A DNA stretch of 64,000 bases, from NCBI GenBank assembly GCA_050733075.1, contig JBOHSD010000002.1, positions 109,553-173,552 on the forward strand. Direction: 5' to 3'. The position numbers and the translations under genes are program-made. Positions 22,424 through 31,587 of the stretch are shown piece by piece. Origin of the DNA: Gemmatimonadales bacterium. GTDB taxonomy: Bacteria; Gemmatimonadota; Gemmatimonadetes; Gemmatimonadales; GWC2-71-9. Position 1 is the first letter of the stretch. The number at the start of each line of letters is the position of its first letter. The notes beneath the pieces are model-generated. The model was not told the origin of the DNA. It did no database searches and saw only the letters and a list, made by a program, of their open reading frames with translations.

Positions 22424-22896
22424 ACCAGCGACCTCAGCGCGACCGGAGGCGTGGTGGGCAGGTCCTGCGCCGTAATGACGGCACCGCCTTCCTCGAGGGA
22501 AAGGAGGCTGCTCAGCTCCTGGTCGGTCAAATAGATGAAAGGCAGCCGCTCGCGCCGACCCGGCCGGTGGTGGATTCCCCCCAGATTGATCCGCTGCACC
22601 ACGTCAGGGTTCGCCGCCCGCAGGGCCGCCATGGTATCCAGATCGCCGGTCAGCAGGAGCCCTCGCCTGCCGTTGGACTGCCAGTCGGCCATCTGCGAGG
22701 CGGCGTCCGCTACCTTGATGAAGCGGACCTCTATCTCGGGCGACACGGCCATCTGGTAGAGCTCCTGCTCCCAGGGGCTGGCGGCAACCTGGTCGTCCAC
22801 CAGTATGATGAGATCGATCCCCAGGGGCCGCCCCCAGCCGATCACCACCTGTCCGTGGATGAGACGGTCGTCTATACGGCACAGCACGATGGACAT
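22420..22896 (-). CDS. PTS mannose-family IIB component
   Basis: MSIVLCRIDDRLIHGQV, the signature phospho-His motif of sorbose/mannose-type IIB. Confidence 0.85.
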   Translation of the reverse strand: MSIVLCRIDDRLIHGQVVIGWGRPLGIDLIILVDDQVAASPWEQELYQMAVSPEIEVRFIKVADAASQMADWQSNGRRGLLLTGDLDTMAALRAANPDVVQRINLGGIHHRPGRRERLPFIYLTDQELSSLLSLEEGGAVITAQDLPTTPPVALRSLV

Positions 22897-23270
22897 CAGG
22901 GGAGTTTAATCGACTTCTCGCCGGCGGCGGCGGCTCGAGCCGCGGCTTCTGCGGGCGAGAGCGAGCGGTGGAAAACAAAATCCACCAGCATGGCGAGATT
23001 CACCCCGGTGACGACCTTCACCAACTGCGTGGCCCGGATGCGGTTCAGTACGGCGAAGAGACAGGACCCGCTGGCCAGGTCCACGAACACGACCGCGGGG
23101 CGCCCGTCCACGGCAGCCAGCACCCGCTCCTCGAGAGTGTCGCGGTCGCAGCCCGAGTTGGATACCGGCACCAGGACGTCGTTCATTCCGCTGATCTGCT
23201 CGGCCGCCTGCACCAGGGCACCCGCTAGCGTGCCGTGACAAACCACCACTCCGCGCAACTCCTCACTCAT
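22896..23270 (-). CDS. PTS mannose-family IIA component
   Basis: GVVVCHGTLAG N-terminal His motif, then D..GS; about 124 aa as expected for EIIA-Man. Confidence 0.8.
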   Translation of the reverse strand: MSEELRGVVVCHGTLAGALVQAAEQISGMNDVLVPVSNSGCDRDTLEERVLAAVDGRPAVVFVDLASGSCLFAVLNRIRATQLVKVVTGVNLAMLVDFVFHRSLSPAEAAARAAAAGEKSIKLP

Positions 23271-24225
23271 AGTCTTCCTGAAGGTACTCCCTCACTCCGC
23301 GCTGCTCCTTCATCCGCTTGATGAGGCGGGCGTTGAAAGCAGCCGCGACATCGACTCCGGAGTAGCGCAGGAGGTGCATCATCGCCACCACTTCCGAGAC
23401 CACGGTGATGTTCTTTCCCGGATTGAGAGGAACCACCACACGGGGCACCGGCACGTCGAGGATGGTCGTGTCCTCGCGGGAGAGTCCGGTTCGGTCCGAA
23501 TCCTTGGCGGTCTCCCAGTCCTCCAGTTGAACGACCACCTCGATGCGTTTCTGCTGTCTCACGGCGCGTACCCCGAACAGAGCGGGGATGTCGATGAGAC
23601 CGATACCGCGAATCTCCATGTGGTGGGCCGCGAGCTCATGGCCCCGGCCGATCAGCACGTCGTTGCCGCGGCGGGTCACCTGCACCACGTCGTCGGCCAC
23701 CAGCCGATGCCCGCGCTCGACCAGGTCGAGAACACACTCACTCTTACCGATTCCCGATCGGCCCACGAAGAGCAGTCCGACACCGTAAACGTCGGCCAGC
23801 GACCCGTGCAGCGTGGTGCGGGGAGCGAAGGCCTCCTCTACCACCGGCTTGATGCGCCGGTAAAACTCGGCGGTCTTGAGCCGGGTTCGGAGGATCGGCA
23901 CTCCCTTCGACCGGGCCAGCTCCAGCATCTCCGGCGGCACGTCCTGGCCCTTGGTCACGAAGATGCAAGGCAGATCAAAGCCGAAAAAATTGGTGAGCGC
24001 CTGGCGGCGCTGCTCCGGAGGCAAGGAGTTGAGGTAGGTGATCTCGGTCTCGCCGAAGACATGAAGCCGGTTGGCCGCAAAGCGGCCGGTGTACCCGGCC
24101 AGGGCCAGGCCGGGGCTCGCCACCTCGGCATCGGGGATCTGGCGATCGAGTCCCAGCTCGCCCGTGAGAGCCTCCAGTTGAAGCGGGTCGCCGCGGCGGG
24201 AGACGAAATCACCCAGTCGCAGCAT
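23263..24225 (-). CDS. hprK: HPr kinase/phosphorylase
   Basis: Walker A GRSGIGKSE, then LVADD, EIRGIG and the C-terminal signature. 320 aa after trimming to the ATG at 24225. Confidence 0.9.
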   Translation of the reverse strand: MLRLGDFVSRRGDPLQLEALTGELGLDRQIPDAEVASPGLALAGYTGRFAANRLHVFGETEITYLNSLPPEQRRQALTNFFGFDLPCIFVTKGQDVPPEMLELARSKGVPILRTRLKTAEFYRRIKPVVEEAFAPRTTLHGSLADVYGVGLLFVGRSGIGKSECVLDLVERGHRLVADDVVQVTRRGNDVLIGRGHELAAHHMEIRGIGLIDIPALFGVRAVRQQKRIEVVVQLEDWETAKDSDRTGLSREDTTILDVPVPRVVVPLNPGKNITVVSEVVAMMHLLRYSGVDVAAAFNARLIKRMKEQRGVREYLQEDYE

Positions 24226-24545
24226 CAGAGTGGATTCTTGGTCTGTTGCAAGGAACGGCCTCGGCGCGGACGATCGGAGGCGCGCTCGACCTGTCGCCGC
24301 AGCTTGTCCTCCGCCCGGTCGAGGGCGGAGCGGTGGTCGGGCCCTTCGCCCTTGGCGACCAGGATCTCGCCGCCCGCGAGGTGGAGCCGGAGCTCGACCG
24401 TTTGCTCGATACCGTCGGTATCGAACACCACGGTCATGTCCATGGGCCGGGAGGCGAGATTCTCCAGGCGCTCCACAACCGTGAGCGCACGCTCCCGAAG
24501 CGGCTCGGCAACCTCGCAATGACGGGCAGTGATGGTCGTCTGCAT
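24225..24545 (-). CDS. hpf: Ribosome hibernation promoting factor (HPF/RaiA, sigma-54 modulation protein family)
   Basis: MQTTITARH.EV...LRE....ERLE and ...ALDRAEDKLRRQV, the typical short-HPF pattern. 106 aa. Confidence 0.85.
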   Translation of the reverse strand: MQTTITARHCEVAEPLRERALTVVERLENLASRPMDMTVVFDTDGIEQTVELRLHLAGGEILVAKGEGPDHRSALDRAEDKLRRQVERASDRPRRGRSLQQTKNPL

Positions 24546-24561
24546 GATTACTCCTCCCGGC

Positions 24562-25683
24562 TCAGCTCCTTGCCGAGCCCTCGATGATATCCTTCAGGTG
24601 AATCTCGGTTGCCTCGGCCGTCCGCTCCCAGGTAAGCCCCTCGGCAAAGCGGCGGGCTCGGGCACCGAGGCTCTCCACCAGCAGAGGCGAGTCGGCCAGC
24701 TCCACCATGCGCGCTGCCAGGGCCTCGACATCGCCGTGAGAAACCAGGAAGCCGGTCTCGCCATGGCAAACGGAATCGCGCAGCCCCGGGCTGTTCGAGG
24801 CCAGCGACGGCGTTCCACACGCCGCGGCCTCGATCACCGTAATTCCCCACCCTTCCTTGGGGGAGGGAAAGACGTTGGCCCAGGCGCCGCGCATCAGGTC
24901 GATCTTGCGCTCCTCACTGACGAAGCCATGGAAGGTGACCGCCTGATCGACCTTCAAGGTTGCGGCCACCCGCTCGAGCTCTGCTCGGTAGTCGCCGGTT
25001 CCCGCGATGTCCAAACGCAGATCGGCACGGTAGCGGCGGGCAACAGCCAAGGCCCGGATGGCGAAAGCTATCCCTTTATAACGCTTGAGCCGTCCAACAT
25101 ACAAGAAGCTGGGGTGGGCCGAGCGGCGGCCCGGAGGGCCCGGTCTGAAGTGCACGCCGTCCACTCCAGGATGGATCACGCGAATGCGATTGGAGGGAAC
25201 GCCGCGCGAGATGAGATCATTTCGGGTGCTTTCGCTGATCGCGTGGAATCCCGCGCGCCGGTAGGCCCAGGGGAGCGGTCGCTCCGCGGCCCACACTACA
25301 GCGGCCACCGGCCAGTTGGCCTCGTTGAAGGCGGTAGTGCCGAAGAGATGGGGCACCACCGCGCAGAACGGCAGCCGGGTGCCGAGCCCCAGAAAGAGCG
25401 GGAGCTTGTTCACGTCTTCCACCAGGACGTCGGGGCGCTCCGCAGCTATGGCTCGCCTTACGGCGCCGCGGCCCAGCAGAGCGAAAGTATGGCGGCCCCC
25501 CACCCGCTCGATGGCGATCCCGTCGATGGTTGCCGCCGGCGGCGCGCCGGGCCACCCTGAACAGACCAGCCTCACCCGGTGACCCGCCGAGGCCAGGCGC
25601 CCAAAGATCTCGAACAGATGGATTTCGGCTCCCCCGGCCTGCGGATTGGCCCGGTCCTGCCAGTTGACGAGGAGGATATTCAC
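24562..25683 (-). CDS. Glycosyltransferase family 4 (GT-B fold)
   Basis: N-terminus ILLVNWQD...GGAE and C-terminal PSPKEGWGITVIEAAACGTP (EX7E region). GTG start at 25683 chosen to avoid overlapping nusB. Confidence 0.75.
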   Translation of the reverse strand: MNILLVNWQDRANPQAGGAEIHLFEIFGRLASAGHRVRLVCSGWPGAPPAATIDGIAIERVGGRHTFALLGRGAVRRAIAAERPDVLVEDVNKLPLFLGLGTRLPFCAVVPHLFGTTAFNEANWPVAAVVWAAERPLPWAYRRAGFHAISESTRNDLISRGVPSNRIRVIHPGVDGVHFRPGPPGRRSAHPSFLYVGRLKRYKGIAFAIRALAVARRYRADLRLDIAGTGDYRAELERVAATLKVDQAVTFHGFVSEERKIDLMRGAWANVFPSPKEGWGITVIEAAACGTPSLASNSPGLRDSVCHGETGFLVSHGDVEALAARMVELADSPLLVESLGARARRFAEGLTWERTAEATEIHLKDIIEGSARS

Positions 25684-25705
25684 GAGGCGGCTGCGTAGCG
25701 GTGCC

Positions 25706-26119
25706 CTATATCCGCCCCAGTGAGCGGGCGACACCGTCGAGAACTCCGTTGACGAACGCGGGGGCGCGCTCGCCTCCGAAGCGGTGGGCCAGCTGAACCG
25801 CTTCATCGATGGCCACCTTGGGTGGCACCTCTCCCTGGCGCAGCTCGTGGACGCCGAGCCGGAGAATATTTCGCTCGACCACGGCGATCCGGCTCAGGCG
25901 CCAGTTCTCCGCCCCTTGCGCAACCTCCGCATCCAGCAGATCGAGCTCCGCGACGATGCCGCTGGCCAGCTCCTCGGCCCGGTCTAGGATCCGGGGCTGA
26001 GGGCCGGTCAGCCGCGCGACGCCGGTGACTACGGCGGGGATCGGCGGCCCACCCTGCAACTCCCAGGCGTACAGGATCTGCAGCGCGCGGGCCCGGCTCT
26101 TGGTCTCAACCCTGAGCAT
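25706..26119 (-). CDS. nusB: Transcription antitermination factor NusB
   Basis: SRARALQILYAWE... and ...ERNILRLGVHEL...PPKVAIDEAV.LA motifs. Start trimmed to the ATG at 26119. Confidence 0.85.
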   Translation of the reverse strand: MLRVETKSRARALQILYAWELQGGPPIPAVVTGVARLTGPQPRILDRAEELASGIVAELDLLDAEVAQGAENWRLSRIAVVERNILRLGVHELRQGEVPPKVAIDEAVQLAHRFGGERAPAFVNGVLDGVARSLGRI

Positions 26120-26585
26120 GGTGGGTCCGCAGCTGAGCCAGTGCGTCGGCGGCCTGCAGCGCGGCGCCGGCTGCCTCGTGTCCCTTGTTGCCGGCATTGC
26201 CACCGGCCCGATCCACCGCCTGCTGTAGCGTGTCGGTGGTCAACACCCCGAAGCCGATCGGCAAGGCATAGCGCACCGCCACCGAGGTGAGCCCGCGTGC
26301 CGTTTCTCCCGCGACGTAGTCGAAATGGGGCGTCTCCCCCCGGATGACGGCGCCCAGAGCCACCAGGCAGCAGTACCGGCCACTCTCGGCGGCCGCGGCC
26401 GCGGCCACGGACAACTCGAACGCTCCCGGCAGCCAGACCACGTCCACGTCGTCGCGCGGCAGTCCCGCTTCTCGCAGGCAGGCCAGGGCCCCCTCCAGGA
26501 GCCTCGTGGTAACCAGCTCGTTATAGCGGCTGACCAGGATCGCCACCCGCCCCGAGGCGCGAAGGCGGCCGGAGAAGTCGGGCAC
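26106..26585 (-). CDS. ribH: 6,7-dimethyl-8-ribityllumazine synthase
   Basis: VAILVSRYNELVTTRLLEGA...VWLPGAFEL...ALGAVIRGETPHFDYV motifs. Confidence 0.92.
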   Translation of the reverse strand: MPDFSGRLRASGRVAILVSRYNELVTTRLLEGALACLREAGLPRDDVDVVWLPGAFELSVAAAAAAESGRYCCLVALGAVIRGETPHFDYVAGETARGLTSVAVRYALPIGFGVLTTDTLQQAVDRAGGNAGNKGHEAAGAALQAADALAQLRTHHAQG

Positions 26586-26589
26586 GGGA

Positions 26590-27798
26590 TCAGTGGGTGA
26601 AGAGGTGGCCGAGCTTATCGCGCTTGACCTGGAGATAGGTGCTGTTCTCGTGGTTGGGATCGGCCAGAAGCGGCACGCGCTCGACGATCTCCAGGCCGTA
26701 CCCGTCCAGGCCGACCAGCTTCCGCGGGTTGTTGGTCATTACCCGAATGGAGGAAAGCCCCAGATCCCGCAGGATCTGCGCTCCGATGCCATAGTTGCGG
26801 AGGTCGGGGGCGAATCCCAGGCGCTCGTTAGCCTGGACCGTGTCGTCGCCGCTGTCCTGAAGGGCGTAGGCCCGGAGCTTGTTGAGAAGCCCAATGCCGC
26901 GCCCCTCCTGGTCCAGGTAAACCACCGCCCCCTTGCCTTCGATGGCAATGAGCTCCATGGCCCGCTGAAGCTGGAAGCCGCAGTCGCACCGCTGGGAGCC
27001 GAAGACGTCTCCGGTCAAACACTTCGAGTGCATGCGGACCAGAACGTTCGGCTGCCCGGCGATGTCTCCACGGACCAGCGCGACATGCTCGGCCGGGTCG
27101 ACGTCGTTCCGGTAGCCGATGATGGTGAACTCACCGAACCGGGTTGGAACGCGAGCCTCGGCTACGCGATGGACCAGCCGCTCCGTCCTCAGCCGATAGG
27201 CCACCAGCTGAGCGACGGTGACGAACGTCAACCCATGCTGCTGCGCGATTTCCTCCAGCTCCGGCCGGCGCGCCATGGAACCATCGGCGCTGAGGATCTC
27301 GCAGATCACCCCTGCCGGATTCAGCCCGGCCATCCTGGCCAGGTCGACGCTGGCCTCGGTTTGCCCCACCCGCTGAAGAACGCCGCCCGGGCGGGCTCGC
27401 AGCGGAAAGACGTGGCCCGGCCGGCGGAGGTCCGAGGGAACGGTCGCCGGATTGATGGCGACGTGGATCGTGGTGGCCCGGTCTCTCGCGGAAATGCCCG
27501 TGGTGACCCCGAACTTGCGCTGGGCATCTATGCTGATGGTGAAGGCGGTGGACAGGTCCTCGGTATTGCGCTCGGTCATCTGGGGCAGGCCCAGCTGATC
27601 GCAGCGTTCACCGGTCAGAGCGAGACAGATCAACCCCCGTCCATGCAGGGTCATGAAGTTGATCATCTCGGGCGTAGCCAGCTCCGCCGCACAGACGAGA
27701 TCGCCTTCGTTCTCGCGATCCTCATCGTCGGCCACGATGACGATCTTACCGTTTCGCAGATCGTCGATGGCCTGATCGATAGTCCCGTATGTCGTCAT
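26590..27798 (-). CDS. ribBA: Bifunctional 3,4-dihydroxy-2-butanone-4-phosphate synthase / GTP cyclohydrolase II
   Basis: [12 protein letters not shown] (DHBP synthase) and [18 protein letters not shown] (GCH II zinc site). Start trimmed to the ATG at 27798. Confidence 0.93.
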   Translation of the reverse strand: MTTYGTIDQAIDDLRNGKIVIVADDEDRENEGDLVCAAELATPEMINFMTLHGRGLICLALTGERCDQLGLPQMTERNTEDLSTAFTISIDAQRKFGVTTGISARDRATTIHVAINPATVPSDLRRPGHVFPLRARPGGVLQRVGQTEASVDLARMAGLNPAGVICEILSADGSMARRPELEEIAQQHGLTFVTVAQLVAYRLRTERLVHRVAEARVPTRFGEFTIIGYRNDVDPAEHVALVRGDIAGQPNVLVRMHSKCLTGDVFGSQRCDCGFQLQRAMELIAIEGKGAVVYLDQEGRGIGLLNKLRAYALQDSGDDTVQANERLGFAPDLRNYGIGAQILRDLGLSSIRVMTNNPRKLVGLDGYGLEIVERVPLLADPNHENSTYLQVKRDKLGHLFTH

Positions 27799-27815
27799 GT
27801 CGATTTGACCAAAAG

Positions 27816-27916
27816 GGTGAACGGTGAACAGTGAACCGTGGCGGCCGGTAGTTGCCGTGATCGTCCTGTTCACCGGTTCACTGTTCACCGTTCACCGTTC
27901 ACCGTTTACTGTTCAC
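27816..27916. repeat. Heptad-array palindromic element, copy A
   Basis: Left arm has 3 units of RGTGAAC (27816-27836). Right arm has 7 units of YGTTYAC (27866-27916). A 22-nt perfect inverted repeat pairs GTGAACGGTGAACAGTGAACCG with CGGTTCACTGTTCACCGTTCAC. T/A tracts lie on both flanks (AAAA at 27811-14, GCTTTTT at 27917-23). Confidence 0.8.
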
Positions 27917-28499
27917 GCTTTTTCATAAGAGCGCGCACATACTTCCCGATCGTATCAGCCTCGAGGTGAACCCGATCTCCCACCCGGCGCTCGCCCAGGG
28001 TCGTGTGCTGTAAGGTAAACGGGATCAGGGAGATCTGGATTAGAGTCGGGGCCGGCTTTGCGTTCACCGTCAGGCTCACGCCATCCACGGCGATCGATCC
28101 CAGGGGCACCGAAACCCGAGATACGTCTTTGGGAACCCGAAGATCCAAGATCCGTACGTCGTGCCGGTCGATCAGTTCCTCGATGGTCCCGATACCATCC
28201 ACATGGCCCTGGACCAGGTGCCCGCCAAGGCGGTCGCCCACCCGAAGCGCCCGCTCGAGGTTGACCCGCTGGCCCGGGGTGTAGCCGGTAAAACGGGTCC
28301 GATCGAGGGACGTCCGCACGAGGTGCACTTTGAAAGCGCGCGGGTCCGCCGATTCGACCGTCAGGCACGCACCATCCACGGCAACGCTCTCGCCGGGCTG
28401 CAGGTCGCCATAGGAGCACAGGATGCTGAGCTCGATCCCACCGGCGGCAGATCTCAGCTCCTGTACCCTGCCGATCTCGGTGACGATTCCCGTGAACAT
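27906..28499 (-). CDS. ribE: Riboflavin synthase (alpha chain)
   Basis: MFTGIV.EIG.V... and the internal repeat GGHLVQGHVDG. 197 aa. Confidence 0.92.
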   Translation of the reverse strand: MFTGIVTEIGRVQELRSAAGGIELSILCSYGDLQPGESVAVDGACLTVESADPRAFKVHLVRTSLDRTRFTGYTPGQRVNLERALRVGDRLGGHLVQGHVDGIGTIEELIDRHDVRILDLRVPKDVSRVSVPLGSIAVDGVSLTVNAKPAPTLIQISLIPFTLQHTTLGERRVGDRVHLEADTIGKYVRALMKKREQ

Positions 28500-29572
28500 C
28501 AGGCCCGGTCCAGCACCAGCAGAGTGTCCTCGCCCATAGAGCGCCGTTCCACGACCTGCCAGCGGGTGGCCTGATCCAGCGGCCGGCCTGGGAGCCCGGC
28601 AACGGCGGGCACCGCCCCATCTCCCAGCCAGAGCGGGGCCTGAATCCAGTAGTAGCGGTCTACCAGCCCATCTCGCAGCAACGCGCCAGCCAGTTCCCCG
28701 CCCCCTTCGACCAGGAGCGAGCCGATACCCATTGCATGCAGGGACCCGAGCGCGTCCTCGAGGCTGGCTGCCACCACAACCGTGAGACCGGAAGACTCCA
28801 GCAGCTTCACTTTGGCCCTGTCGGCACTGGCGGACACTACGGCGATGGTTGGGGTCTCGGTTGCGGTGCGTACCAGGCTCAGCCCCGGCCCGAGGTCCGC
28901 AGTGCGGTCGAACACGATGCGGCGGGGAGGTCTCCGTGGTTTTAAGGGGCCGCGAACCGTGAGGGAAGGATCGTCCAGGCGAGCGGTGCGGCCCCCTATG
29001 GCGAGGGCATCAAAGCCAGCTCGAAGCCACTGCACGTACTCCCGGGCCGGCTCACCCGAAATCCAGCGGGACCGGCCCCCGGCATCCGCGATTCGGCAGT
29101 CGAGCGTAGTGGCGAGCTTGAGCGCCACGAAGGGTCGCGCCAGGCCCCGAACGGCGTGCAGGAACATGGCGTTCTGTGCCCGGGCGAGTTCGCGGAGCGT
29201 TCCGACCTCGACTTCGAGGCCGGCCGAGCGAAGCCGTTCCCCACCGCCGGCCGCGGCTGGATGGGGGTCGAGGATTGCGACAACCACGCGACGAACGCCC
29301 GAGCGCAGGATCATCTCCGTGCAGGGGGGCTGTTTGCCCTGATGGGCGCAGGGCTCGAGAGTGACCACCAGCGTCGCCCCTCGAGCCCGCTCACCTGCCG
29401 CAGCCAGCGCCATCGCCTCGGCATGCCGATCGCCGTATTCCGGATGCCACCCTTCGCCGACCGGCTCCTCCCCCACCAGCACTACCGCACCTACCAGCGG
29501 ATTCGGCTGTACCCGCCCCCACCCTCGCCAGGCGAGGTCGAGGGCGCGTGCCATTGCCTCCCGCTCGTTCAC
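28499..29572 (-). CDS. ribD: Bifunctional riboflavin biosynthesis deaminase/reductase RibD
   Basis: Deaminase zinc motifs HAE and PCAHQGKQPPC, followed by the reductase domain. GTG at 29572 (alternative ATG at 29554) chosen because the longer ORF would overlap the upstream gene. Confidence 0.9.
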   Translation of the reverse strand: MNEREAMARALDLAWRGWGRVQPNPLVGAVVLVGEEPVGEGWHPEYGDRHAEAMALAAAGERARGATLVVTLEPCAHQGKQPPCTEMILRSGVRRVVVAILDPHPAAAGGGERLRSAGLEVEVGTLRELARAQNAMFLHAVRGLARPFVALKLATTLDCRIADAGGRSRWISGEPAREYVQWLRAGFDALAIGGRTARLDDPSLTVRGPLKPRRPPRRIVFDRTADLGPGLSLVRTATETPTIAVVSASADRAKVKLLESSGLTVVVAASLEDALGSLHAMGIGSLLVEGGGELAGALLRDGLVDRYYWIQAPLWLGDGAVPAVAGLPGRPLDQATRWQVVERRSMGEDTLLVLDRA

Positions 29573-29579
29573 TTCAGCG

Positions 29580-30536
29580 CTAGAAGCCCACTCGCAGGCC
29601 GAGACCGGCGAATAACTTCCCCTTGGTAGTATCGAAGTCTTCGAAATCGGTGGATAGGTTCTGATCCTTACCGGCCTGGTATCCGATCTCACCGGTCAAC
29701 CGTACCACCGACAGGCTCATGCCCGCGTTGAGAAAGCCAAGCACCCGCGAATTGCTCAGCTCCACCGGCACATCGGGCTGGGCAACCAGCGTGATCGGAT
29801 CGCGAAACCGGATCACCGCGTCACCGGTGTACTTGTCCCACCCGAAGCCTGCGGCCAGATCGAACACGACCAGCCGCTTACTCGCCACCAATCGAAGGTT
29901 GGTCGCATGAAGATCCACCGAGTAACTGTACCGGTCACCCGCGGCCATGTCGCCATAAGTCACTTCGGGTATGTCGCGCCGCATGACGCTGACCGAGACT
30001 GCCGGCAGGGGACCCATCTCGCGGAGCAGGCCGATGCGGGCGCCGTATCCGAGACCGAGGGCAATCCCTCCGATCTTTCGCGCCCCGGAATCGACCGTGA
30101 GGTTATCGATCTGGTCGGTAGGGAGAAGCTGGGCCGAACCCAGGAGGTCTACGGCCAGGAGGCCGGTCGGCATTCCCTTGTAGATGCCCAGAGCTCCTTC
30201 CATCAAAGGAGCGGGGACGAAGAGCTTCTCACCGGCAGGAACCGTCGTGCTGCTTCCATCATAGGATAGATCCGGAAGGACCAGACCCACGGCGTTGGCC
30301 CGCAAGGTCAGCGAAGCGTGGCCGATACCACCCAGCGTTCCAGCCGATCCGATGGTAGGGTTTCCCCCACTGACCAATACCCCGACCACCGGGTGAAATG
30401 CCCGGGTGCCATCGACCGCGGCATCACAGACCCGGCGGGCGTTGGAAACATAGGCGGAGCATTCGCTGTTCTGAGCGAGCCCGGGCGAGGCCATGGCAAG
30501 GGCGAAGAGACCGGCAAGTAGCTGAGGGGCGCGCAT
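29580..30536 (-). CDS. Predicted outer-membrane beta-barrel protein (function unknown)
   Basis: Signal peptide (LFALAMASPGLAQ), alternating beta-strand-like sequence, C-terminal GLGLRVGF with a terminal aromatic residue. Confidence 0.55.
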   Translation of the reverse strand: MRAPQLLAGLFALAMASPGLAQNSECSAYVSNARRVCDAAVDGTRAFHPVVGVLVSGGNPTIGSAGTLGGIGHASLTLRANAVGLVLPDLSYDGSSTTVPAGEKLFVPAPLMEGALGIYKGMPTGLLAVDLLGSAQLLPTDQIDNLTVDSGARKIGGIALGLGYGARIGLLREMGPLPAVSVSVMRRDIPEVTYGDMAAGDRYSYSVDLHATNLRLVASKRLVVFDLAAGFGWDKYTGDAVIRFRDPITLVAQPDVPVELSNSRVLGFLNAGMSLSVVRLTGEIGYQAGKDQNLSTDFEDFDTTKGKLFAGLGLRVGF

Positions 30537-30546
30537 GTATTCTCCG

Positions 30547-31587
30547 TTACGGACGGGCGAAACGCACGGCCTGGCTGCCCTTATGAATCTCGCCCATCAC
30601 CCATGTGGGGACCCCCTCCGCAGCGGCGGCGGTTTGGGCGGCCGCGACGGCATCGGGGGGCAGCACGGCGATGAGCCCCACGCCGAGGTTGAATACGTCC
30701 CGCATTTCCTCGGTGGAGATTCGCCCCGCCTGCTGCAGTGTGGTGAAAAGCGGCGGCCACTCCCAGGTACCGGGGTCCACCGTCGCCGAGCAGCGCTGGG
30801 GCAATATCCGCACCAGATTGCCGGCAATTCCGCCACCCGTGATGTGGGCCAGTCCGTGCACCCGCTCGAGAACCGGTGCGACGCTACGGTAGTAACTCCG
30901 GTGGACCGCGAGGAGCGCGTCGGCCACGGTCCGGCCGGTGTCGCCCAGCCGGTCGGATATCTGCAAGTTCATGCGCTCGAAGATGATGCGGCGCGCCAGA
31001 GTGTAGCCATTGGTATGCAGGCCGGTGGAAGCGTACCCCAGCAGCCTGTCGCCGGGCTGGATCGAGTCGCCATGGAGAGCGCGATCTTCCTCCACCACTC
31101 CGACGATCGTTCCCGCGAGATCGTACGTCCCCGGCTGGTACAACCCCGGCATCTGTGCCGTTTCGCCGCCTGCCAGAGCCATTCCATGCGCCCGGCAAGC
31201 GCGGGCGATGCCCTCGACGATCTGGGCGATCTCTTCGAGGCCGAGTGCGGCGCCGGCAATGTAGTCCATGAACGCGATAGGCATGGCCCCGTGGACCAGG
31301 ATATCGTTGACGCTGTGGTTGACCAGGTCCTGGCCCACGGTATCGAATCGTTGCGCCTGCATTGCCACCAGCACCTTGGTACCGACACCATCGGTGCTCA
31401 GAACCAGGGTGGGTTTACGCATCCCCTCCGGGATCCGAACCATCCCGCCGAATGCGCCTACCCTGCCGGCCGACAGCCGGGTGCGAGTACTCGAGACCAG
31501 CTCCCCGATCCGCCGCTTGGCTGCTTCCGCGGCATCCAGGTCAACTCCTGCCGCGGCGTACTCGCGGGATTCGCCCGCTCCCTTCAC
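30547..31587 (-). CDS. purM: Phosphoribosylformylglycinamidine cyclo-ligase (AIR synthetase)
   Basis: YAAAGVDLDA..., GGFGG-like, DGVGTK and HITGGG motifs. 346 aa. Confidence 0.93.
   Translation of the reverse strand: MKGAGESREYAAAGVDLDAAEAAKRRIGELVSSTRTRLSAGRVGAFGGMVRIPEGMRKPTLVLSTDGVGTKVLVAMQAQRFDTVGQDLVNHSVNDILVHGAMPIAFMDYIAGAALGLEEIAQIVEGIARACRAHGMALAGGETAQMPGLYQPGTYDLAGTIVGVVEEDRALHGDSIQPGDRLLGYASTGLHTNGYTLARRIIFERMNLQISDRLGDTGRTVADALLAVHRSYYRSVAPVLERVHGLAHITGGGIAGNLVRILPQRCSATVDPGTWEWPPLFTTLQQAGRISTEEMRDVFNLGVGLIAVLPPDAVAAAQTAAAAEGVPTWVMGEIHKGSQAVRFARP

Noticed and set aside
27816-27916. The heptad arrays read as a CRISPR array or as clustered transcription-factor sites (LexA-type GAAC repeats, CRP-like TGTGA).
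   Set aside because: The period is 7 nt with no spacers, so this is not a CRISPR array. GAAC spacing is N3 or N10, not the N7 direct repeat or the GAAC-N4-GTTC palindrome I recall for known SOS boxes. No TGTGA-N6-TCACA arrangement is present.
26586-30546. Searched for an FMN riboswitch around the riboflavin genes, and for SAM or SAH riboswitches around metK and ahcY (17664-18931).
   Set aside because: All candidate 5' regions are 4-37 nt long or are occupied by the heptad repeat. No conserved FMN, SAM or SAH core sequences were recognised by eye.
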